From Octopus sinensis (taxonomy: Eukaryota), in assembly GCF_006345805.1 (NCBI RefSeq), contig NW_021831824.1:728-64727 (forward strand): a stretch of DNA of 64,000 nucleotides, in the 5' to 3' direction. Numbering within the stretch: position 1 is the first letter of the stretch; the number at the start of each line of letters is the position of its first letter. Shown piece by piece: positions 54,501-64,000 of the stretch. Below the pieces are notes generated by a model. The model did no database searches. It was given only the letters and a program-made list of their open reading frames with translations, and had not been told where the DNA came from. The position numbers and the translations under genes were made by a program.

Positions 54501-57099
54501 ACATATATATATATATATATATACATATATATATACAAATATACATATATACATATATATATAAATATATATATAATTATATATATATATAGCATATATA
54601 TATACATATATACATACATATATATATATGATATATATACACATACACAAAGAAAAAGAGAAACGAAGATACATAGAGGGAAATATTGCATGCATGTAGA
54701 TAGATAGATACAGACAGACAGACAGAGAGGAAAAGAGAGATACAGAGAGAGATAGGAAGAGTGTAAGATAGGCATTCAGAGAAACAACTCCAAGATTAAT
54801 TCTTTTTTTTTTTTTGTAATTCTCAAATTTGGATTGTTCGTACATACACGCTAATGTATAACGGTGTATGTTTATGTATGTATACATGTATTTATTAGCA
54901 CGCGCGAGTGTGTGTGTGTGTGTTAGTATATGTGTATGCAGACGCGTGTACGCACGTTCATGTGTGTGTCTATGTGTGTGCAAGTTTGCATGTGTACATA
55001 TATATCTCTACGATTTATGATGCAGATTGCTGACACAACAATAAAAGCATCAACTGTAAAAATGAGAGCAGATGCGTACGCAGTAGGGGAGCGCGGCACG
55101 AAATGTGAAACCAGAAACTGGCACCCCTATCAGTGTTTAAGAGAACCTAACTCTTATTGGCTCTGTTCATCAAGCGCAATAAGGTTAGCTACATCGGACT
55201 GATCATAATTCATCGCTGAGAGTGGCAACATTATGAAATTAACCCTTTGCCTGCCATGAGCCTCTTTTGGGGATCTGCTAAAAACAATCTCGCTGCCGGC
55301 TGTTCTTTGTATTTAAAGGGAATTACTTACGTGAATTGCATTTTCAGAGGTGTTTTTAACAATATTTAGTAGTTAAAGTTAGTCGTTATTAGCTCTGGCT
55401 AATTCTTGAGGACATTTTATGTCATAAAACGCAATTTTTTGAACTACAAAAATATTGACTGTTTTGAAAACGGTTTTTTTGTTTTTATTCATTTTCAATC
55501 TATATAAATCATAAATATTTCATACACATTCGCATTTGATTCTATAGTTTCAAAAAACTAAAATGCTTATTAATGCAATTGAACAGAAAAGGATAAATAT
55601 GCTTTTTTTTTTATTTGAACGACCCCCATTTGAGACATTTCGAAATATCTATCATAATTTCCAAAATAATTCACATATGAAGAAAATTTTAATACTATAT
55701 ATTATAACTCCTAAGACACCTGGTAAAGATATTGTATAAAAGTCTCTTCTCGGTTAAATGTAATTCAGAATCATGCTATTTGAGTACAGAGATGTGTCTC
55801 TCTTCAGATCACCAACGGAAAGACAACATTAACTCCATGATTGAAGGCCCATAATCTTTCGGTTGGCGTGGGTATGTTGTTAATACAAATATCCTTAAAA
55901 AGACAAACTCCGTTGCAACTTAAACATTTGAAGGTACTGCTGATATCCTAAAGAGTTTAGTCGAACAAATCTACCCTGGTACTAATTTTATAAAGCTTGG
56001 TATTTATTCTGTCGGTTTGTTTTGCTAAACCACTAAGTTACAGGGACGTAAACAACCCAGCACCGGCTGTAAAGCGGTGAAAGATACTAGGCTTAAGAAA
56101 ATGAGTCTTGGGATCAATTTGTTCGACTAAACCCTTCAAGGCGTTGCTCCAGCATGGCCGCGGTGACATGACTGAAACAAATAAAACAATAAAAGAATAT
56201 ATATTCTTTACATATATTTCAGTTTCCGTCTACCAAATCCACTCACCGGGCTTTGGTCGGTTCGAGGTTATGAGAGAAATCACTTGACCAAGGTACCACG
56301 CAATGGGAACGAACCCGGCACCATGTGGTTGGGAAGCAAACTTCTTACCACTTCTTAACCACAGCCACCATACCTTCTCCCATATGAATGTATGTATGTA
56401 TGTATGTATGTATGTATTTAAGTATGTATGTATGTATGTATTTAAGTATATATGAATGTATGTACGTAAGTATGTACGTACGTAGGTTTGTAGGTACGTA
56501 CGTAAGTATTTACGTAAGTATGTACGTAAGTATGGACGTAAATATGTATGTATGTGCGTATGTATGTACGTAAGTATGTATGAATGTATGTATGCAAATA
56601 TGTGTGTAAGTATGTAAGTATGTAGGCGTATATATACGTGAGCATGTATGCATTCATGTAAATACGTATGTGCATACGTAAGCATGTTTGTACGTAAGAA
56701 ATTGTCTTTACTTTCCTTTTGTAACACAAAAACATCCCATTATTCGCCATTATTTTCTTTTCTCTTAGCGCTCCGACATTCTATTTTCTCTTATTAAAAC
56801 AGCTTTGTTTTCACTTAGAGGTTCTTGGTAAACCTGATATAGATGTCGAACATGCTGCTTTTCTCGTCGGCGAACATTTAAAAAAGTTTCTCAACAACTT
56901 TAAATAAAACTTTCTCAAATTAACGGTAAATAATGACGTGGGGGTAGCGGGAAAAAATACACACACACAGAGAACTAAATATGGATCGCGTTTCGGCTTA
57001 TTACCATAATCAACTCCAACGTTGCTGAGGTGACTTTGAACAAATACATACATACATACATACATACATACATACATGTGAGCATGTATAGATGGATGG

Positions 57100-57250
57100 A
57101 TGTGTGTATATATATATACATATACATATATATATACATACATATATATATACATATATATATATATACATATATATATTATATATATATACATATATAT
57201 ATATATACATTATATATACATATATATATATATACATATATATATGTATA

Positions 57251-57290
<40 letters not shown>

Positions 57291-57332
57291 TATATGTATA
57301 TATATGTATATATATATATATGTATGTATATA

Positions 57333-57376
<44 letters not shown>

Positions 57377-57469
57377 TATATATATATGTATATATATATG
57401 TATATGTATATATATATATGTATATATATATGTATATATACATATATATATATAATACATATATATATA

Positions 57470-57533
<64 letters not shown>
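57100..57533. repeat. (TA)n-rich microsatellite
   Basis: Direct inspection. Confidence 0.95.
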
Positions 57534-57634
57534 GAAAGTTATCCAAACGTGAAAACACAAAGAAAACACAACAGCGCGAGGACGTGGAACAAGTATAGTG
57601 TTATTGGACGCACAGGAAGGAAGAAAGAAGGAGG

Positions 57635-57669
57635 ACTTAACGTTTCCAGCGGAGCTCTTCGTCAGAAAC
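57635..57669 (-). ncRNA. Minimal hammerhead motif (CUGACGA core) inside a Penelope-like fragment (about 57535-57740)
   Basis: GTTT-CTGACGA-A-GAGC(TCC)GCTG-GAAA-CG-T-T-AAGT. The closing pair of stem II is mismatched. Confidence 0.5.
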
Positions 57670-57962
57670 ATAGGAAGAGGATAGATCCAAGGAAGGGAAG
57701 ACGGCGGGGAAAAAAATCGCCAACGATACACACGCGGTACAAAAGTGTCCAAAACGTTGCTTTTTCTGGAAACGGAAAAATAGTTTCACCATTCCATTGC
57801 AAACCCGTTTGACAATTTTTTATATCTTGATATCTGAAACAGCTGGAGATACGTTAGTTTGACCAAAGGATCTGGCTATTGCAAGCAAAATTAATATTGT
57901 AAAAACGAATTTGGCCAAATTTGGACATACGACAGTTTAACATAATAGCAACGATATGTATA

Positions 57963-58001
<39 letters not shown>

Positions 58002-58217
58002 TGTATGTATTCATAGATACTAATATATACATGCATATATACATATACACACACATACCTCTATATGTATGCTTGAAGGACAGTTGTTCCTTTTAATAAT
58101 TGTTGTTAATGATTATATATATATATAATACTAATACAATTGTTCGTTTGTTTTCCACCTGCCTTCGTCTTTTGTTTATTTCATAAAGCTTCCCGTTAAT
58201 ATATATATATAGACGCA

Positions 58218-58272
<55 letters not shown>

Positions 58273-58314
58273 TATAACACCACACTATATACACCACACA
58301 CACATACACCACAC

Positions 58315-58348
<34 letters not shown>

Positions 58349-59127
58349 GGATCAAAATAATTAGATTCTGGCGTGATGCTAGTCGTCAGCCAATTTTCAT
58401 ATGCATATAAACTCTCACCGTCACCGCTATCATCAGTTCCAACACAAAGACCATTTATACTAAAGCCAATACAATTAATGCCATTATCAACTCATCACTT
58501 CTCATTGACCAACAAGAATAGCAACAATAATATAAACAATAAAACCAACTTCATCTGAAATAACAGAAAACAATTTCAGGAGATAATGTGGAACCCTGGT
58601 GTATCTTTAATGTGGAATGTAAAGTCTTTGAATTTTGGTCAATAAGATGTCTTGAAACTAAACAACTGCAACAATAGAATAAGCAGAATAATATGACCAC
58701 TGCCAACAACAACAATACTTCCATCATCGTCATTGGTATCATCACCGATATCAAGACCAATACACCCAACACTACCACTAGTTCCCACTCCAACTTGTGA
58801 ATAATCAACTGGCAACAATGATAGTTTCAGCATGATAATAATGCCTGTAGCTACCTATTCTGTATGTCATGGCAGCATGGAGTGAGTAGAGTGTGCAACT
58901 TTTTATGGATCAAATGAGAGGTACAAGGAGAGTAGTGCCCTTGAACCTCATTTCCCTTCTTACATAGATGGGAATAAGAAAATAATGTTTTATTCTCAAA
59001 AAATAGTTGATGTTACGTTTGCTACATATCTGTTAAAGATAATTATTGATCGCCGCCGCTATTGGATTTGCCCACAATTATAGATGTTTGCAAGTAAGCC
59101 ATCAAGTGGAACTGAAAGTTGTGGTGG

Positions 59128-59360
59128 GGGAAAGAAACAGCAAAATGATTGCAGTGGATATTAAACTTGATGTTTTAAAAAGGTTTGATACGAGAGAAGA
59201 AAAGTCAGCGACATTGCTAAAACAGGAAAGTTTGCAACGTCTACAGTGAGAACAACAGAGAGAATATTAACTCAATACCTCCAGAAGTGTCTCCGTCAAC
59301 TGACAGGAACTCTTTTTGGAAAGTGTAATGTGATGCTTAAACTGGAACGGCTCTTGTTTT
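59128..59360 (+). mobile_element. Tigger transposase N-terminal (CENP-B-like HTH) remnant
   Basis: KMIAVDIKLDVLKRFDTREE, then ATSTVRT and KLERLL in other frames. Confidence 0.55.
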
Positions 59361-59743
59361 TTTCTCTCTCTAGTTTCAGCTCAGAGCTGCGGCCATGTTG
59401 ATGCACCGCCGTTTTGCTACACTGTTATTACTAAGAGCCTCCTCTAATATGTGGCACTTGGTGAAGCATGGAGTTAGATATAGCTACCCTCATTTGCACT
59501 CATTTGGGAATCTCGACAGGAAGAGGTCCAGCTTTGATTTATAAACACCTACATCTACTTTGTGGAAGTTCCTCGGACTCTTCGGGAGAATATTAAAAAG
59601 CTGTTGGCCCTTGAAACCCAGGCGTGTGCAGGAATAAAAAATATACGGTCACGCTGTGTTCCTGACTCTACAAGGTTTCCACAAGCAGAAAGAAATTCAA
59701 AACATATTGTGGCCCTTGAAAATGATGTAGTGTTTCAAAAGTC

Positions 59744-59804
<61 letters not shown>

Positions 59805-59829
59805 TATAATATGTATGTATAATTACGTA

Positions 59830-60129
59830 TATGCACTTGCATAGCGAGTGACTTGATCTGAGATCGATATGCACTTGCATAGCGAGGATTTGATCTGATT
59901 CTGAGATCGTGTGCTGGAATGAAAACAGTTGCAGCGTGGAAGGTGTTTATAAGTGATTTAAGAAACACACAAAAAAAACCGTTAGATTCACTTCAACATT
60001 TAGATTTAATTTGTCCGCGGTCTCAAAGCGACGAAAATATTTTGACAAATTAAATTTAAATGTTGAAGTGAATCTAATGGTTTTTGTGTTTCTTAATGGC
60101 TTATAAACACCTTCCACGCTGCAATTGTT
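59830..60129. mobile_element. Fold-back copy of the G3-C8 hammerhead family in (TA)n
   Basis: Arms 59924-60015 and 60044-60129. The spacer is the 3' half of the hammerhead (GCGAC-GAAA-ATATTT-TGAC). The terminal ATGCACTTGCATAGCGAG is duplicated. Confidence 0.75.
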
Positions 60130-60152
60130 ATGCGTAGATATATAATATATAT

Positions 60153-60238
<86 letters not shown>

Positions 60239-60275
60239 TATATATATATATATCTCTACATATATATATATATAT

Positions 60276-60309
<34 letters not shown>

Positions 60310-60349
60310 GATATATATATATATATAATATATATATATATATATAATT

Positions 60350-60625
60350 ATATTAAATTAGAGATAAATCCACTATTAGGCAAATCATACAATGAAAAAC
60401 TTAAGCCAATACATAAGATTATTTAATTTATATTATTTAAATATATAACAAAATTAAAAAATCTATGTATTGGCTCTAAGTTTTTCATTGTATGATTTGC
60501 CTAATAGTGGTTTTATCTCTAATTTAATATAATATAATATAATATTTTACTATAAAATTGGATTCAATCCTAAATCTGATTTTTCCCTGTAAGTTTGGAT
60601 TTATTCCCTAATATTTAGATTATAT
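60350..60625 (+). mobile_element. Fold-back insertion in (TA)n
   Basis: Arms of about 71 bp (60350-60420 and 60460-60530). The tail motif TTTTTCCCTGTAAGTTTGGA is shared with 11071-11090. Confidence 0.75.
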
Positions 60626-60626
60626 C

Positions 60627-60681
<55 letters not shown>

Positions 60682-61146
60682 TAAATGTCTCTTGTATTTT
60701 TAGTAATGTTAGTGTTTAATCCTGCCTATATACTGACTGATTGAAATAATGTCGTTATTAAGCTTTACTTTTATATTACACTACGCAAGACGGTAGGGAT
60801 TATAAATTTTTATGACTTAATAGAGTTGTCGCTGTTTAGTTACGTATTTTAGAGCGGTTGTAATTTACTTATGGAATTAATTTATCGATACGGTTATACA
60901 TTGGGTAAATGTGTTTGGAAGTTGTGGTTTCTTTGGTTTGGTTGTTCCCAAACAGCACTTATTTTAATGCTGTTGACACCGCCGGATTGAATGGTACTGT
61001 CGAAACCATAATGATATCCGTGGGGCAGCTGATGATGGAAGTTTGTTGGATTGTTGGTATGGCTGTGGACTAGTATTATAACACATCCTTTTGATATATG
61101 CATATATATACATATATACATACGTATGTATACATATATAACATAT

Positions 61147-61181
<35 letters not shown>

Positions 61182-61359
61182 CATACATGTATAGATCATA
61201 TATTACATACATATATATATATACAACATGTATATGCATATATATATATATATACATACATATTATAATGCATATGTATATATACATATATATATACATA
61301 TATATATGTGTATATATATACATATATATATACATATATATATACATATATATATACAC

Positions 61360-61391
<32 letters not shown>

Positions 61392-61699
61392 CATAGATAT
61401 ACACATATATATACATATATATATACACACACACACACACACATACACACATATATATACACATTAGTGTATATTTGGAAATTATTTTCATAAATATAAA
61501 TGACTGTGGTGTTTTCTCTTTTTTTCTGATGGCGGTGGGGGGCGTTCTTGCAGAGTTGTGAATGAAGATGATTATGCTTTTTCGAACATATCCGCCGGAA
61601 CGAATTGTCATTTTGTAACATGAAAAGCAATGGGAATATTAATCTCGCGTTACGGCAGGCCTTTGATGGGCGCATTACTCTCGTAATGCAAGGGATTCT

Positions 61700-61749
<50 letters not shown>

Positions 61750-62672
61750 ACGTTTGTATGGTTGGATGGTTGGATGGATGTATAAACTTTAATTGATTCT
61801 TTTATATTAGGCACTCGGCCCCTTTTTTGAAAGTGAAGGCGGTATAACCGTCATTAGGGAACGGGCTGGCCAGCTGTCACTCAGCATCGAGCAAGTTAAC
61901 TATCATGAAACGTTCGCCGGCAAATCATTTATTTGGGGACAGTTGAAGTTTGCGAAACGGTGATGAGGAAGGGTGGAGTTATGTTTGAGCCTTGTCTACA
62001 AATTCGTGTCAATTGATAGAATTCAGAGACCAATTGCATTTTTATTTCCATGACAACCGAAAATCCTTACTCGGCTACTAGTATTTAGATGAACGGGTTG
62101 CTGTGATATTGGAATAGAGGTACAGTAAAGTACACACCACGCGAATACTGTTTGGTTATTCGTTTATTCTTTTATACGGTTCAGCCCGAAACTTATGGCC
62201 ATGCTGGAGCACCACCAGTTTTTTACTGTTTTAATTTTTATTTGTTTCAGTCACTAGCTGTGGCCATGCTAGGGCACCAGTTTTAAGTGTTTTAAGCGTT
62301 TATTTCATCTCTCCAGTACTTACTTTTATGTTTGATATTTAGCTTATCGATCTCTGATTATCGAACCACCATTATATATAGTTGAGGTTCCCATCAACCA
62401 CCACTGTGTGTGTCTGTATGTGTGTGTGTGTGGTGCTTGATGGTGGTTGACGTCCTTAACTTCTTGACAGAGTCATAGGTGGAAGCTATCCTGATATACG
62501 GTTTGTCTCGCGTATTTTTAACCTGGTGGGAGTCCATCGCTTTCCAGGTTTGAAAACAACAGATGTCTTCCAGGATGAAAGTGTGGGAGGCAGTGAGAGT
62601 GAGAGAGAGAAAGAGAGACAGGGAAGGAGGGAGTGTGAAGAAGAAGAAGAAGAAGAAGAAGAAGAAGAAGAG

Positions 62673-62703
<31 letters not shown>

Positions 62704-63128
62704 GTCAACACTTGTACATGACTGGTACTTTATTTATCGACTCTAGAAAGATGAAAGGTAAAATTGGTTAATCTATATTTCTAGAAGATGTTTGTACTTG
62801 TCTATAATTCTTCCAACAATGGTCAACGACCCCAATCCCCAGTATTCGACTGGTACTTATTTTATCGATAAGTCCCCTCCCTTACAATGTCAAATTTTGT
62901 TGCTGTCGTAGAAAGAATTATTGTTGATTAGCCTCAGAGCAGTGAATTGCCTGAATTGTTAGAGCGTCGGACCAAATGCTTAATCAAACTGTTGATGTTT
63001 ACGTTCTGAGTTCAAATCATACTTACTGAGGTCGACTTTGTCTTTCATCATTTTGTGGTTGATAAAATAGATACTAGTTGAACACTGAGGTCAATGTATT
63101 CGGTTAACCCTCAGCTCTAAAACTGCTA

Positions 63129-63694
63129 TTGGGTTGTCCAGATAGTTCGTGCCGATTTTAAAGGAAAGAAAAAGGTCAATAAATACTTGCCATTACATTT
63201 TTAATCAACCAAATATGAACTATTTTGTTGCACAATGCGTCTCCATCTTTCCTTTAACTTGAAAATACCCTCTTCCTAGAACTGAGGTGGTTTCATGGCA
63301 AAGGATTCATCAATGTATCTTTTTATGTCATCCAAGGAATTGAAATTTTTACCATTAAGACTATTCTGCAGAGACCTGAATAAGTGCAAATCCGAAGGAG
63401 CAATATCTGGTGAATATGGAGGGTGGGGTACCACATCCCAGCCGAGCTGCAACAATTTTTGTCTGGTTCCCAAAGCATCAAGTACCGAAAAGGAACTTTC
63501 TTATCTTCCATTTTAAAGGGTTACAGAATTAACACAGGTTATAGGAACATAAAACCTTTTTCCACGAAAAGATAGCTTAAACTATGTTATAAATGAAGGT
63601 GTAGTCAAATCTTATTTTATGGACTCAACCATGTTCTAAAATAAGTCGAAAGGTAAGCTACTATAAATCGGCACGAACTTTCCGGACAACCCAA
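63129..63694 (-). mobile_element. Internally deleted mariner element nested in a family N SINE
   Basis: 30-bp TIRs TTGGGTTGTCCRGAWAGTTCGTGCCGATTT and TA TSD. N-terminus MEDKKVPFRYLML is joined to LGWDVVPHPPYSPDIAPSD. The SINE tail resumes at 63697. Confidence 0.92.
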
Positions 63695-63839
63695 TAGCCT
63701 TATGCCAAAAATTATAAGTCATTCACAGTAGGAAACTGGTACAATCGTTAGCGGGGTGGACAAAATGAGTAGCGAAAATTCTGTTGGCTCCTCAAAGTCC
63801 AGAGCTCAATTCCCGCTGTGGTCGATTTTGTGGGGTAAG

Positions 63840-64000
63840 TTGTGGCGAAGTTGTGGCGAAAGAGTCAGCAAAAGTTCACCATTACCTTCTGCCGGAGCCG
63901 CGTGAAGCTAAGGTGTTTCGCTCATAAACCCACACATCGCCCGGTCTGAGATCTGAACCCGCGATCCTGCGACCGCGAGTCCGCTGCTCTAACCACTAGG
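63840..64000 (-). mobile_element. Family R SINE (runs off the window end)
   Basis: Reverse-complement match to 45431-45590, with A-box TAGTGGTTAGAGC retained. Confidence 0.7.

Noticed and set aside
55239-55260. piggyBac-like TTAA|CCCTTT end
   Set aside because: No matching opposite terminus found.
58500-58554. Signal-peptide-like MKLVFIVYIIVAILVGQ after an acceptor-like site on minus
   Set aside because: It stops after 17 codons and lies in low-complexity TGT/TAT sequence.

Overview
AT-rich, microsatellite-dense eukaryotic DNA whose SINE families and repeat landscape point to a coleoid cephalopod, probably Octopus (inferred from recall, not searched). Nearly all ORFs in the track are translated microsatellites. 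One convincing host exon was found: 101 bp on the minus strand (3580-3680) with canonical splice signals, encoding the first half of a chordin-like VWC (CR1) repeat. Everything at higher coordinates is therefore intron or upstream DNA of that gene. The window holds at least four tRNA-derived SINE types (several with TSDs, some multimeric), remnants of RTE, L1/Tx1-like and R4/Dong-like LINEs, Tigger/pogo and mariner remnants, hAT-like and GG-ended MITEs, and Helitron-like elements. The most striking signal is a set of short non-coding insertions in (TA)n tracts, often as fold-backs or partial tandems, with Penelope-like architecture. About six sequence families of these carry minimal type-I hammerhead folds. 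Several have non-canonical catalytic cores: a compensated G3-C8 swap, U4C and A6U. All folds were read by eye and activity is untested. Coordinates of decayed repeats are approximate.
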